64,000 nt of DNA from assembly GCF_009914755.1 (NCBI RefSeq), contig NC_060928.1, one strand, 5' to 3'. Below the pieces are notes generated by a model. The model saw only the letters and a program-made list of their open reading frames with translations, was not told where the DNA came from and made no database searches. This stretch comes from the human T2T-CHM13v2.0 reference genome, Homo sapiens. How positions within the stretch are numbered: the stretch's first letter is position 1; the number at the start of each line of letters is the position of its first letter. The translations under genes and the position numbers were made by a program. Of the stretch, positions 14,600-31,373 are shown in pieces.

Positions 14600-15810
14600 G
14601 CCCTCACTCATCTACCTCATTGTTTATATGTTTAGCATTCAAGAAAATCCAAGGGCCACTTTCTCTAGAAAGTCTGTCCTGGCCCAACTTGGCACATACA
14701 ACAAGGTAAAACTGACCTCTTTCTTCTCCAATGGCCCATTGTTCTTTCCACAAACTACTCTCACAGGAACTTTAACATTTTGTCTTGCTTATTTATTTAC
14801 TCATCTGACTCCTTCACCAGATTGCAGGCTACTTGAGGGCAGGAACTCTTCTTATTTGTCTTTGCATAAATGTTTCCCAGCATAGGTCACACACATAGTG
14901 TTGAATAATTTTTCGTTGAATAAATACCAAGGTCCAGAGAGATATTCTACTGAATGGCAATTTGCAAGATATTGATTTTCTTTGCTCCCATTTGGTGATA
15001 TTGTTAAACTTTTACTGGAGGGCAAAATTCATAGTTGTCGCTTCACATGTGAATTAGCAAGGAGGCAATCTCAGCTCTAAAATCTTTACACTTATCCTAA
15101 CACCCCCATCAGCTCACACTATTAAACATTATAGATAAATACTGCAACATTAAGTTTTGTGGCAGTGCAAATAAAAGCAGTAACAAGTTATGTAATTATA
15201 CCACTCTTTTTTAAAAAAATTATTAAATGCTAACACTTCTCCAATTATAACCATTCAATTACTACTCACTGCCTAATGTCCAAAATTCTTAACATGTCCT
15301 AGAATGGTCTCTAAAACCTGGCTCTTGTCTATGTCTCTAAATTTATCTCCTGCTAGCCCCTCCTACTCCCCACTCCCATCCATGCCACAGCATACATGTG
15401 CCCTATATTCAGATAACATTTTGCAAATTGAAATTGCAAGTTGCAATTGCCCTAATCCAATCTCAACTCTTTAAATCATCTCACAATTTTACGCTCTGGC
15501 ATATTCTGCCACTTCAGCTCAGAATACCCTTTTCACTTTTGTAGCACTTCAAGCTGTCATTCATAATTCAAGTCTCAGCTTAAAAGCCACATCATATCCT
15601 CAATGAAACCTCCTCGCCCAGCCCTAGCAGAATCATGGGATCCTTGCTGAAAACTTCTAGGGTTCAAGGTGCACAACTTGTATCCACAGTGTTTAACACA
15701 ATATTGTATTTGTCATTGTTTATCACATTTCTCATCTATCTTCCACCTTTTTGAAAGCAAGGATTGAGTTTGGCTTATTCCTGAATCCCTAATGTCTAAC
15801 GAACGACCGT
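14600..15810 (-). mobile_element. L2 fragments (two clusters, about 14.6-14.93 and 15.27-15.81 kb)
   Basis: L2 3' motifs 'gattgcaggctacttgagggcagg...ttgaataa' and 'ttcaagtctcagcttaaa'. Confidence 0.5.
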
Positions 15811-16611
15811 CATAAAGTAGCCACTTCACCAAGGAGGGATGAAGCAGCAAACAGGAAAGCCTGGTTCAGGCCCATCTTTAATCACTAGTTTTGTGAAAAA
15901 GTTCACTGCTGCTTCCCACAGCCTGGGATTTGGTTTTGACATGATTATTTTTCTTTTGCAGCATAGGAAGGAAGCTCATGAGAAGAATTTTAGAAAAATC
16001 AACCTCGATTTTTCCCATGGCTGTGCCTCACCTAGCAGACTATCTCAGGACAGCTTCCTGGAAACACAGCAGCAGAAAGTAAGCTGCATTTATTTACTTT
16101 TTTAAAAATGTGTTCTGATACTTTTTGATTATTACAAAGAATCTTGCTGGGTGATACTGCAGTGGACTGACCTGATATGTGTTTCCTTCTTTTTTCAGTG
16201 AATTGTTCAGTTCTTTTTTGGAATACTGTGGGTGAGAGCTTCAGGCAGCACAGAGCCTTAGAAGTATGCTTTGGGCTTGGATTGGGACACGGATTTAGTA
16301 ATTCCACAACTCAAAAGCAACTTCTGAGATAAAAGCTGAATTTGTAAATATGTGAGATACCCTGAACCTAGAAGATGAGATATAAGTAATGTAGTTTAGG
16401 TGGTTTTGGTGTATTATCTATCTCCAAAATCAAAGGAAATGGAAGGATTCCTCTAAGAATCATCAGTAAAAATGTGAGTTTTGCTCATATTTGCATTTTG
16501 CCTAATTCTAACCCTCCATAATTTATTGACTGAAAGCTAAAGAATATTAAGAGAAAATGACAAAGGTAATTTTCCTTCCACTGTGTCATTTCCTATCAAC
16601 TATGCGATTTC

Positions 16612-18335
<1,724 letters not shown>

Positions 18336-21079
18336 CTCAATTAATTTTAAAACTACCATTTTTAAATTATTTCCAAACTTTTTATTTCTAACTTTGAATT
18401 TTCTTAAGCCTGGGAGAAATTTTGTAGGAAAAAGAGGAATAAATGCCAAGACAAATGAAATGTCACAAAATTAAAGAATATGGCTAAAGAATTTAGCATA
18501 TGGCTAAAAAAAACCTCTATATTAAGCCAGGTAGAAATTCAGTAAGCCTGATAAAGAACATGGAAGAAGATATTTACATTTAGGATATTTAGATTAGTAA
18601 GCTATAATAGAAAAATAAAACCAATACGTCACAATCACATGGGAAGTAGGAATTAAGATACACACAAAAAGCATCAGTGTTGGCAGGTGGGTAAATGAAT
18701 CCACACCAGAGACACAGATTCCAGAAAGCAGAGAAAAGTAAAATTCCTAATGATTAATCAAACTGTCAGAGGCCAAGAGATCTACTGAAAATAAGAAAGG
18801 GTTGAAGGGTTGAGATATCAGTATCCAGATATCCAAGCCAAGGAAAAATTTGATGGTATTCAGGCACAGGGTCTTGTCAGCACTTCACCTCAGGGATTTT
18901 ACAGGGTCCTTTGAGGAAATGTCTAAGCATGTATGAATTAAGGCTTATAAGAAAATAATTTAAGAGGATTTAGCTAAAATTAAGCATTGAAGAATGTTTT
19001 TTACGATGCAACACAAAGCTGTCTCCCTCAAGAAGCCTTCTGAGATAGCCTTTTAGACACAGCACAATAGAATGTTCATATGATAGTTTTCATCAAATAT
19101 TATTTGCATATGTTTGTGAGCTAGAGTGAGGTCTAGAGGATCAAGGACTGTAACTTAGTTCCTTTTGATCATCAGCACCTAGCACTGTGCTTGGCAATGA
19201 GTGATAACTCAGTACTTTTGTATCGAGTAAAAGAAAGAAAGAAAAAGAGAGAATCCCAGCCACATAAACACTCAGTTTATGAACATAGAGTTGAAAAAAA
19301 AAAAAAAAAAACTCCTTCCAGCACTAAATCAATACCCTTCCAATTGAATAGGAAGTAGGGCCTTGCCATGTTGAGTTCTCCAATGACTTTTCAAAAAACC
19401 TTTATTGCTGCAATCATAGGTAATTCAGTGACTGTTTAAAACCTATGATGAAAATAAATTACCTGAGTTCTTTTCATTAATCTTATTATTCTGTAGTCCC
19501 ATCATAAATAGCTCACTAGCATCTTTTATCTTTATTTTTCAGAGTGGTACAGCTAAGAAATTATATCATTATGCATTTGTGTTGTGTTCTAATTTCTGCC
19601 TGATGCATCAATAATACATTTAATTGTGTTATTCTTTTCTGCAGACAGTTCCATCTTTGGAAATTGCTTTAGTGATACAAAGGACTGGAGGGTAGATATT
19701 CTGGGTTTGTCCTCTAATTAAAATATGTCACTGGTTAGACTCAGAATACAGACAATTTTTTATCACTGGGAGTCTTTAATCCCAAACTGTTCATAGAATG
19801 AGCTTATATAAACACTGAGATTTGACACATTCTTCCAGACTTGATGAAAAAAAATATGATATCCCAAAGTTCTTGATTTGAAGAAAAAGTGAACTTTGAT
19901 AACTTTGGTGAGATTTTCAATTTCTTGGCCAACTACAATTTATTTCTGAGCAGTTAATTTACTTTTTGCATAATGCTACAGAAGAATTTTGAGAACAAAG
20001 GATATGTGGAAAGCGCTCTTTTTATTTTTTGCTTTGAATGATACTCATAATATTATGCAGATAATCACTGAAGTTATAAATTTTATGCATTTAATAATTT
20101 TTATACATTTAATAATTTTAACAGATAATTTTGAAGTCTATTCATTTTCATAAACTTATAGGTTGGGAACATTGGGAAAGTCGTTTAGTTCCTTGGGCTT
20201 CTGCCAACTTATGTGTAAAAATGGGCTAACATTAATTCAACTACTTTTCTTATTTGAAAAAAGACATACCTGAATAGAAGCACTTGAATTTGATAAGGGA
20301 GAAATCACCTAGTGTGACATATTTACTTACTTTCATGGAGCACATAAATCTCTGTTCCTTTCCTTCTCACAACCCCATTGCATCCTCGACCCCAAGAAAC
20401 CCACACATTAAAGCTTTTCTCTCTTAACAAGAGACTTCTAAAAATACTTCCAAGGTAGTAAGGCTGAAGGAAAAACAACAACAAACAACCACCAACAAAA
20501 ACACATTACATATGTAATTTAGGAATCATTAGAAATATGAACTCATTTAGGAAATAAGATTTCTAACAACTGAATCAAATCCATTTAACAAGTCATTCTG
20601 TAAAACCACAAAAAGCCCAGAAGTGCACACTATTCATTTAATATCTGAAAAAACTCTTTGTAACAAAAGGTTTTTACTTAACCCAAAACATTTCTTTAGC
20701 CTTGGACAGGAATTAAGGCTTAGTACAGCTTGATGCAAATGAAAGGAACTGGCATTTATCATGAGTTTCCCATGAAGCTTTACAGATGCATAGAGGATGC
20801 AGGAAAAGTAGAGAGTATGTTAGTGTGTGTCTGAGTGGGTGGCCAAGTTGCTTAACTTGGAATTTAAGGAATGTCCTCTTTGAGGAGGTAATAAGTGGAG
20901 ACCTCAGGTTCTATGGGAAGATTACTCAAAGCATAAAGAACAGCAGGTGCAAAGATCTGGAAATGGAACAGAAAATCTCCACATCACTCCCCAATTTAAA
21001 GTAAAATGTGGCTTATACTATTTTTTTTAAATGCATGATTATAGGAACGACAGTTTGCATACAGGTAGAATATGCCAGA

Positions 21080-21755
21080 TGTGACAGAGATTGGCCAGCT
21101 AGTGACCAATCTCCTTTGTTCTCCCTCCTGAGAACATGTCAAGACAATACATCACAGGTACCCTTGCAGCAGGTATGGTTTCGTGAATAAATAAATGATG
21201 ACCAGTGGACTCTGGTGGAAGTTTCTGGCCCATGAAAACTTCCAGGGATGATCCTTCATGGGTTTTTTGCCTTTGCCAACAACTTTGAAAGGCATGTGTG
21301 GAAGACTGCAGAGCCCAAGATGAAAGAGAACTGGGTCTCTGAAATGCCACTTGTTTTTTGTTTGTTTGAGACAAGATCTCTCTGTTGCCCAGGCTGGAGT
21401 GCAATGGTGTGATCATAGTTCACTGCAGCCTTGGTCTTCTGGGTTCAAGTGATCCTTCTGCCTCAGCCTCTCAAGTAGCTGGAACTACAAGTGTGTGCTA
21501 CCATGCTGGGCAAATTTTTTTTATTTTTATTAAAGAGGTCTGGCTATGTTGCCCAGGCTGGTCTCAAAATCCTGGGCTCAAGCAATCCTCCTGCCTTGGC
21601 CTCCTAAAGTGCTGTGATTACAGGCATAAGCCACCACACCTGGCCTGAAATGACATTGGAAATAGAGCTGTATGCTTACCAGAAACACTTTTGTTCTGAC
21701 AAACATCTACATTTTAAGGTTTGTTTGTTTTATCAGTGTTGGCCTCAACTAATGT
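21080..21755 (+). mobile_element. Old MLT1-type LTR split by Alu
   Basis: MLT1-like body on both sides of the Alu; near-TSD gaaatgccactt/gaaatgacatt. Confidence 0.55.
21352..21646 (-). mobile_element. Alu (AluJ-like)
   Basis: Reverse Alu body. Confidence 0.92.
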
Positions 21756-22198
21756 GATAAGAATCATTTTCTATAGGTTTGGGTGCTGTTCTAAATAACA
21801 TAATCATAATTAAGCTACCAGCAATTTAACAATGAAAAACCCAGGGGAATATCTTAGATGCAGAGCAATAACTTATTAAATGAAAAGAATAAAGCTGATG
21901 TATGTTGGGACAGTCACAGACTCATTGGATAAAATTTCATGTTTTCCAATTCCCTGGCACAGGATCTTAGAAGTGGCCATTTTACCTCCAAAGATAGATT
22001 CTCTACTGTATCCAACTAATTGTGATGTTAAACGTGAGTATCTGAGAGAAGGTTTGTTTTATAGTGGAAATCCATGGAGTTGGCCATATTAACAAAAAGG
22101 ACTGAATTGTAAATATCAGTAAATAAAGAATATCTATTGATACAAGTCATTTTACTAACTCATTCCTCAAGAATTTCCTTGAGCAGATATACATATAC

Positions 22199-22551
<353 letters not shown>

Positions 22552-24465
22552 TAGTTCACAGTGTTGAGTGAATATATGTGTGACTAGTTGATTGAATGGT
22601 CTTAACTTCTTGAGGCATAACAGAAAAACAATTATTTTCCTAACTGCTACCTTTAAAATTCTTTGAAGCGTATTTCTTCCCCAACTCTGGATAATCTCTT
22701 GTGCAAATCCCAAACTATAAAGCCAATTATATTTTAGGAAAGAGTCTCATTTTAGTATCTATGTCACAATTTCCTATATTGCATGAAGCCATGAAATACA
22801 GTCTAATAAACATTTCATTCTCTAATGCAAATGTCTCCCCTGCAGTTTCCATTCAGGCCTATTCCAGACTTGTAGAGCCACAGTGGAGTAGAGAAAACCA
22901 CTCTTTACTCTTCTCTCCTTTTGCTTCTTTATCCCACTTGCTCTGCTGCTTCAGATTCTTCCAAAATCTGGGCAGGAGAGGAGCTTATGAGAGAAACAGC
23001 AGGCAATAGGGTTTTTGTTATGTGGCACACCTTATAGCTTTCTCGTCTTTGGATTTCCCTTTAGGTCAGGAATCCAAATGCTGGCTCTCTCTTGGGATAT
23101 AAATGGAGTCCCCATGGGGCCATCTGTAGTGCATTCTTCTCTGACATGTGTTGTACATTTCCGGGCTGACCTCTAGTAACAGCTCGTGCACCTGTTGTCA
23201 ATTCAATTTACCCCACAGCCTCTAAACACTGGGGCTTCTTTGCCTGGTAGATAGCCCTCTTAGCTGAAGTGCCATTAGGTGTGTTGTGATTATCTTTTAA
23301 GACATCCGCTAGACCAATGGGAAATACATACATCCAAGCTGCATCAAGTGCAAGGAACTTCAGCTACTGCATTCCCTCTCTATCCTGCTCCCCATCACAA
23401 GAAGCTCTAGACAGACATCCATCTTCGGAATTCTCTAGAAAAAAAGCATGACCAGTCTATGCTTACATGCATTTGTACCACATAAACTCCTACAAACATT
23501 TTTAAGGCTCTCCTCAAATTGTGTCTTTACATTCCATTCTAATACACTGGATTAGCCTTTGAGTTTCTGCTGCTTGGAAAGTTTCTGGACAAGCAACAAG
23601 AGTCCTTTCTCTCCATCTAGCAGACAACTTGGTATCTTTGAGAAGACCTCTTGAAAAGCACTTCTTTCACATGAACGGAGCACAACTTTCCAATCTACAG
23701 AGGGCAGGAGAAAGGCCAAGGGTCTGCCTCAGTAGATCTAAGACTCCCTACCATAATAAGAAATTCCATTCCACAAAGACATTTGGCTTCTCTTTAATAG
23801 GGTGAATGGGAGTTCAAATATCACTTAGGCAACCTCAAGCTCTAGGGGGATTGTCTGGTGGCTCAAGCACTATTATCTGGGGCTAGAGCCCAAATATAAA
23901 GATAATAGAGAAGGTTTCATTTTCCATCCTATTACAGTTTTAAAGCAAATATTTATTATGAGCTCTGTATGAAGAATTTTATAATCATCATCTCCTTTAA
24001 TCCTCATAACAATTTTATGTGGTAGAGAGGATGAGTCCCCAATTTCAGGTTTAATCACATGGCAACTCAGCAAATTGGTCCAGGTCATCAAACACCTTGT
24101 CAGTCAGCACACTAGGAATCTGACCCAGAGCTGAGTAATGTCATTCTTTTAACTGTCTCAATGTTAGAAGATTTATGAGAAGACAAATATTATAAAATCA
24201 CATTTAATCAGCATGAGTGTTAGTGTTGGCTATATAAATCCAAGATAATTAACTCAAAACTTTTTAGATGTTATAAGGATTGACTTAGAAAATTTAAAAT
24301 TTATAATTTTCTAAATACCAATGACAGCCAAATGGAAAATCTAATGGGAAAAAAAAAGATCTAATGCAAGACTGCACCACCAATAACATTAATAACAAAA
24401 TTTACATTATTTAGAAATAGCCTTAACTAGAAATCTGAAAGTTTATATAAAAATCCCTATTAAGG

Positions 24466-24763
24466 TGCTGAGTGCGGTGGCTTATGCCTGTAATCCTAGC
24501 ACTTTGGGAGGCTGAGGTGGGCGGACCATGAGGTCAGGAGTTCGAGACCAGCTTGGCCAACATAGTGAAACCCTGTCTGTACTAAAAATACAAAAATTAG
24601 CCTGGCATGGTGGTGCATGCCTGTAGTCCCAGTTACTCAGGAGTCTGAGGCAAGAGAATCGCTTGAACCTGGGAGGTGGAGGTTGCGGTGAGCCAAGATC
24701 GCGCCACTACACATACTCCAGCTTGGGCAACAGAGTCAGACTGTGTAAAAAAAAAAAAAAAAA
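24466..24763 (+). mobile_element. Alu (AluSg/Sc-like) within L1ME-like remnants
   Basis: Full Alu body with poly-A. Confidence 0.95.
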
Positions 24764-25042
24764 ATTAGTAAAATATACAATAATTATCCAAGAGATATGT
24801 TATAGATTTATTTGAAAAGTCTGAATATGTCAAAATTACTAAGTCTGTTAAAATTAATTTATAATTAATCACAATTCAAAATTAAAATATCCCAGTGGAA
24901 TATAGTTGTGAATCTGACATAATATACTTCCTGGAAGTACAGGTGAGCAGGTGAGAGAAAAAAAGATAACCAAAGAAATACATTAACAAAAGACAGTACA
25001 GCAAGTTGTAAATATTCAATCTATATATTTTTAAAAGCATCA

Positions 25043-25420
25043 TGTGTTTGCTGGTCATCAGTTTATTGACTCTGAACTCCATATCCATCCTTCTTTGCTG
25101 CTCTGTGAAAATGGAGCTGGTACCTTTCACTATTCGTTCTTTGTTGGCTGGCTGGATGTTAGGATGTTGGGTTTGGTCAGTAAAGGGTGCTAGAGAGGAA
25201 CTGCAGGAGGAAAGGGTTTTACTTCTCTGTTCTGGTATTCTTGCTTGTTTGACAAAACTCCACAGTGCACCTGATTTTTCTAGCACTATTCCTGCAGTGC
25301 AGAACAGCTAGCAGATTCCTGGACCACCCCACTTTGACAGTTTTGAGTCAAGTGCCTCTGAGATACCTTCTCATGAGCTACTTTCCCTAAAATCACTGCT
25401 CTGCTCTCTCCAATCTTTGT
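25043..25420 (+). mobile_element. LTR33-like ERVL LTR
   Basis: 'tttattgactctgaactcca...ctgctctgtgaaaatggagctgg' resembles the LTR33 5' end. Confidence 0.65.
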
Positions 25421-25824
25421 GAGAATTGGAGGAGGGCAGGAGTCTGGATCAAACAAGGATATGGAAACAACCTTATTATCATTAATGATCCGATGATGAT
25501 AAAAGATAAAGAGGTTTAGGATTTTGTGGTATGATGACCACAGTGATTGTTAAACACTTACCTTTTTTTTTTTCTGTTACAGATTGGGTTCCTACACAAT
25601 TCAGAACTCAACACACCCTTTGCACTTCCTTCCTGTACAGACATGTTATTATCCACGAGTTCCAGTTTTGTTACCCCTGGAGGCTGCTTAAACAAGTAGA
25701 CCTAATGCATTCTCTATTTCTTCCACAAGAGAAAATGTGAGCTACACAGAGTAAGACAGAGTCAGAGAAAAGAGAAAGAATTATTCAATCAAAATATCAT
25801 TTCAGTACTGCTAAGTCCTTGATT

Positions 25825-26017
25825 AGAATTTCTCAAGTGGGGTCTGTTGATTGTCAGCATCAGAAGTAACTGGAAGTACCAGGTAAATAACTCTAGCTCA
25901 CCTCCTAAGATTCTCATTCCAGAAGTTTGTGGGTGGGGCCCTGCAATCTGCATAATTTGAGCCTTCAGCTGATTTTGATGCAGATGGTCCAAGAGCTACT
26001 CTTTGAGAACCAATTCT
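25825..26017 (+). mobile_element. MER5A-like DNA transposon
   Basis: 'tttctcaagtg...gcatcagaa...gggtggggccctgcaatctgcat...ctttgagaacca'. Confidence 0.7.
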
Positions 26018-26599
26018 GAGATAAATGAATGTTTTAGAAATATTAAAACAGATTTCAAGACATCACTAAATTGAACAAGCAAGAAAAGATGTCTTTTATA
26101 TCAACACATCATCCAAAAGCTTTGGATTCCATTCCAAATGGCAGTTTATGCCTGTATCAGGAGCTAAGGTGATTGAGAGTGAGACTACAGGTAATTAGAG
26201 AAAGAAAGAAGAGAAAACCTGAGTGCTAGAGCTAGGGCTAATGTATATTGCTGAGAGTCAACAAAGAAAAAAAATAGAACAAGTCAGTGGCTTGTAATAA
26301 GACTGAATCAACAGCTTCCTGTCCTTATTGCAGGATCTAGTGGGACAGCTCAGCTTGGGGACACAGAATCAGAAAGTCAGGCCTCTCAAGTCCTAACAGC
26401 AATAAAGAGTTTAGCCCAATTCTAATGACAGGGTAGATATCTGGTAATCTCCACACTGGTGCTGTCATCTTGATCTTGGTTTGGCTTTCATCAGCTCTTG
26501 ACTGATCCAACGTGACTAGTCTCCCTGCCTCCAAGCTCAATCCACTTCAATCGTTTCTCTCCCATAATATTTCAGTAGCCTCCCATTGCCTACCTACAG

Positions 26600-26936
26600 C
26601 AGGGGTCCCCAACCTTGGGGCTGTGGACTGGTACCAGTCCATGGCCTGTTAGGAACCGGCTGCACAGCCAGAGGTGAGCGACTGGTGAGCAGGCATTACT
26701 GCCTGAGCTCCACCTCCTGTCAGATCTGGGTGGCATTAGATTCTCACAGGAGTGTGAACCCTGTTGTGAGCTGCACATGCGAGGGATCTAGGCTGCATTC
26801 TCCTTATAAGAATCTAATGCCTGATGATCTGAGATGGAACAGTTTCATCCCCAAACCATCCCCGCCCTGCTCTGTCTGTGCAAAAATTGTCTTTCACGAA
26901 ACTGGTCCCTAGTGCCAAAAAAGTTGGGGACTGCTG
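26600..26936 (+). mobile_element. MER1B hAT-Charlie DNA transposon, full length
   Basis: TIRs caggggtccccaac / gttggggactgctg; degenerate 8-bp TSD acctacag/gcttacag. Confidence 0.9.
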
Positions 26937-29023
26937 GCTTACAGGATAAAGTCCAGTTTCTCTCTAAGGGGCATGTGGAGGGGGTCACCTCTCCTCTATC
27001 TAAAGTAGATTAGTTGGATTTCAATCCATTTTTTATACTGACAACTGTGTGATGTTAGGCAAATGATCTAACTTCCCTGGCTGAAGTTTTCTCATCTGTA
27101 AAACATAGACATGAGACTCAATGGGACACTATTCACATGAACTATGATGTAAAGAGCATCCTCTGGAGGAGGGCAATGAAGCAGCCTGAAAATACACACT
27201 TCACATGATTGCCAGGAAGATTGATATAGTGCACACAAAGTCTATATGATAGTGCTTGGCACACACTCAGTCTTCAGTAAGGGTTGACTTGGATCATTAT
27301 TGCCCCTCTGTTATTTCTTACATACCCTTGCTTTCCATTCTTACCAAGTAACTCATGATTTTTCAAATGATGCTGTTTGATACCTCACACTTTAGCTCCA
27401 CTGTTTTTTCAGTGCAAATGCCCTCCCCTCTTCACATGATGAACTCCTACTCATCCCTTAAGTCCTAGCTCAGATGTCTAATCTCTGTGGCACTCCCTGA
27501 TTCCACCCCAAACAGTTTTTAAACCTGTATTTTCATTAAAGCTATATAAAGTCCACACCTCCATTATTACAATAAATCCTCTCCACAGTAATAAGCCTTT
27601 CATGTTGACAGTCTTCTACAGGAAGAGTATGTCTCAAACTGTGCCATTAGTTATACCACCTTCAAAACGGATGCCATATCCTTCTAAAATTTTACTGTAA
27701 TCTACTTAATCCTTTTCTGTAAATCAATTCATAATTCTACTTATATAAATTTATTTTAAATGAAACTTTATATAATTCATAAAAAATTAATGCATAGTTA
27801 TTCTAAAGTAAATAATAATTACAATACAATAAAAACGTCATATCCATCTACTAACTCATCCATTAGCAGCACTCTTATGGGAAAATCTGTACTGATATAT
27901 AAAAGCTCTTTCAGTGCAAAGATATCTGTCTTTATATCCCCAGTACCTATTATAATGTTGGTACAGAGCAACATCTTGACAATTTGAATTGCCATACTCC
28001 TTCAGAAAGCCCTGGCTTCAAATCTTGACTTTAACAAGGAGAAATTAATTTACAGATATTTATAAATTTAAAATCTACTATTAGAATGAGATTTTGCAGA
28101 AAATAAAATTCACCCGAATATTGTTTATCTATGGAAACAAGATTCTCAAATCTGCAACTGAGCATATAGAAAACTAATACGAAAGAATATCCTTTGAATT
28201 AACTGAGAAAAAATTTTCGTTACCCACCAAGAAACTTTTTTCTTTTGGTTATTTAGAACTATGACATTCTTCTTGGCCAATAGTTACATCAGAGTTAAAT
28301 ATGTGCCTCACAACAGCTGAAAGCCTGTGGTGTTTGTACACTCTTTCTGCTAGTGTTGACTTCACTTTTGAGTTTTCTCTTGTCCATTTGGGGGGTTATG
28401 TTTTACTATTAAAACTTTTAAAAAGTCATTTATCTAATATTTTTATTGAGCCAGAGAAATAACTAATTCATTAATTAAATAAGCAACCCAATAAATCAAT
28501 GGATGAACAGATTGATGGATAAATACACAAGGTCATGAGCAGTCCTTAGATATGCTAATGCAATTGACCAGCTCAGCTGGGGGAAAATGAGTAAACAGAC
28601 AAACCTTTTGTGACATGTAAATTAAAAAGCACCTTGATGGACATATTTTTTTCACTTCTTAGTCTCTTGTTACAACAACTTGAAGGCACAGCCTGTTGAC
28701 ACCAAAACCAGTTCAGTTTAGCAACTTGGGACATAGACTGTAAGAAATAACAACTGTGCAGATGAGAAACAATAGAGGTGGGTGTTGGATCTGCTAAGAA
28801 AGTGAACCACATATCTTTCTCTCCGTGAAGCACAAGACATATGAAAAGAAAAAACAAACAAACAAAAAAACCCACTAACTCTGATGCAGAAGCAAACAGA
28901 TACTACAATTGTGCTGGCAAATGGTAAACTCACAGCCAGGAAAGGGGCAACTGATTTTCTTTGCTATTTATGTACTAAAATCACTGGTCCCATTGGGAAC
29001 TAGCTTACTTAAAAGGCTACATA

Positions 29024-29320
29024 GGCTGGGTGCAGTGGCTTATGCATGTAATCCCAACACTTTGGGAGGCTGAGGTGGGCAGATCACGAGGTCAGAAGTT
29101 CGAGACAAGCCTGACCAACATGGTGAAACCCCATCTCTACTAAAAATACAAAAATTAGTCAGGCGTGGTGGCATGCGCCTGTAATCCCAGCTACTCAGGA
29201 GGCTGAGGCAGAAGAATCATTTGAACCCAGGAGACGGAGGTTGCAGTGAGCCAACATCATGTCACTGCACTCCAGTCTGGGTGACAGAGTAAGACTCCAT
29301 CTCAAAAAAAAAAAAAAAAC
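29024..29320 (+). mobile_element. Alu (AluSg-like)
   Basis: Full Alu body; TSD ctacata. Confidence 0.95.
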
Positions 29321-29435
29321 AACTACATAATATTATAATTTTATTTATTAAAATCGCTTCCACGTTTTTTATTTCAAAGCTTGAACAATACTACATATGC
29401 ATTGATTACAATTCAAACTTAATGGAATTCTGTGG

Positions 29436-29490
29436 TAGCATAAATGCTGATTTGTTTTTAAATGATAGCATAAATGCTGATTTGTTTTAA
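29436..29490. repeat. 30-bp tandem duplication
   Basis: tagcataaatgctgatttgtttt repeated at 29436 and 29466. Confidence 0.9.
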
Positions 29491-31192
29491 GTATAAAACA
29501 AATCACTCAGAAAAAAACTGGAATAAAATACTTTCTTCTTCTCCAACAGAAATCTCATAATTATATCTATTTGGAAAATATATGAAACATAAATTTACAT
29601 GAAGTAGAAAATAATTTGGATGTCATGTAAGAAGTCTTATATATTTTAGTATATAGAAGGATTCTATAAGCATATGAACACTATGATGAAAAAATTTCTT
29701 TTTCAGAAAGCTTATTTAAAACCAACAATTACACAGTCACTTTGAAATAGCACATTATAATTTTGCATAGACACTTTGATTTCAGAGTTAATAAATGTAA
29801 CCAATACTTCAAAAAGCTGACTTATTTTCCAAGTAATATATCCAACTGTTTATGCACATTTTATTACCATCTTTCTCTCACACACTTACATATAAAAGAG
29901 AATGAATATTCACAAATCAGAATTTATCCTAAAAATTTTAGAAAATGAAGCATCCAGGAACACAGACTAAAAATCTGCAAGTAGAATTTACAACTTCCTA
30001 AAATTAATTTGAGATAATCAAAAATTCAAGTTCACATACAAAGTCAGTGTTATTGAAATCCTTTTATGAAGCCCAACATGTAGGAAGCAAGCAAAAAGGC
30101 TACACAACTGCAATAGCAAATAAAATCAACTAAAGTTATTTAAGCATTAAATTCCTACAATACTAGCGTTTCGAAAAAGCGTTGTCTTTTTATTCATCTC
30201 GAAAATGCATGTTTTTTTGAAGCCATCATGGAAACCAAGAGACAATTTCACTTAACTTTTAACGTTTATCACCTTAAAACTGGGTTTTTATAGGTGAGAG
30301 AACTGATTTGGGAGTCAAATGGCCTGGGTCTTAGTTTCTGAAATTTACTACTCATTAGCTTATTTGACCTTTAGCAACTTCATCATAAAAAACTTCTCTG
30401 AGTCTTAATTGCTTTTTCTACAAAACATTAACAAGTATCTTTGCCACCAGAAGGATTAAATTAGACAAAGTATATAGAGCAGATATGGATTCCAATCACG
30501 ATTTTTTAGTTATGAAAAAGTACATGTAAGTAAAAGTCATTGCGTTATTAGAGATTGATAAGTTCATTACAGTAGAAAACTTGTTTAAATGTATGCAAAA
30601 TAAACCTAGGAAATGAAGGGTACATTAGTGTTTTCTGTTTTTTAATTTCAAACTCAACAGTAAAAGTACTGTCATAAATTCTATGTAAAACACATGTGAC
30701 TCTTCATATGAGCTGATTATTTAGACTTAAAATATCACTTGGGAGCTTGTCAAAGTAAAACCTGTTGAATTTAGGAAAGCCAGATTAAATTTTCGACTAT
30801 GGGAAGTTAAAAATTATACTGTGAGTTGAAGAGGAGGATGACATCAATCACATCTTCTTTTGACCCATTCTTAACGTGCACTATGATGTACATCACAGCT
30901 TCATCTTCTTAACTCCTGTGTTCAAAGCATTGTTAATACAGATCAGTGTCAAAATAAAAGGTGCTTTTAAGACACTTTTTTGGGAACAGTAGCATAAATT
31001 TAGGCAAGACCTCTAATCTCTAACTTCTGAATTTCTTATAAATCAATGTATTTTTGCATTATTTACATTCATGAGGCACCTCCTCATGTTCTCTTGCCTC
31101 CCCAAGATGTTAGAGTTCTATGCCTAATCATGAATTCTTGCCTGAGTCAGTGACAATATTTAAGTCTAAAAAAAAATTTAGTTTATCAACTG

Positions 31193-31196
<4 letters not shown>

Positions 31197-31247
<51 letters not shown>
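31197..31247. repeat. Compound (TC)n(AC)n microsatellite
   Basis: Directly visible. Confidence 0.97.
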
Positions 31248-31373
31248 TGCCATGTCCTAACTTGAGCAAATCACAGTTCAAGGAATCCACAAATAACTTG
31301 TCATCACTTTGCACATGTAGAAAAGAAGTGACAGAAATCACATTTGGAACAGGACACAGTACTACCCTCTTAC

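Noticed and set aside
22760-23860. GC-richer block, possibly an old LTR element
   Set aside because: Could not identify termini, TSD or family with confidence
27143-27190. C/D-box snoRNA-like ATGATG...CTGA inside a MIR
   Set aside because: Imperfect C box, too short, and no terminal stem
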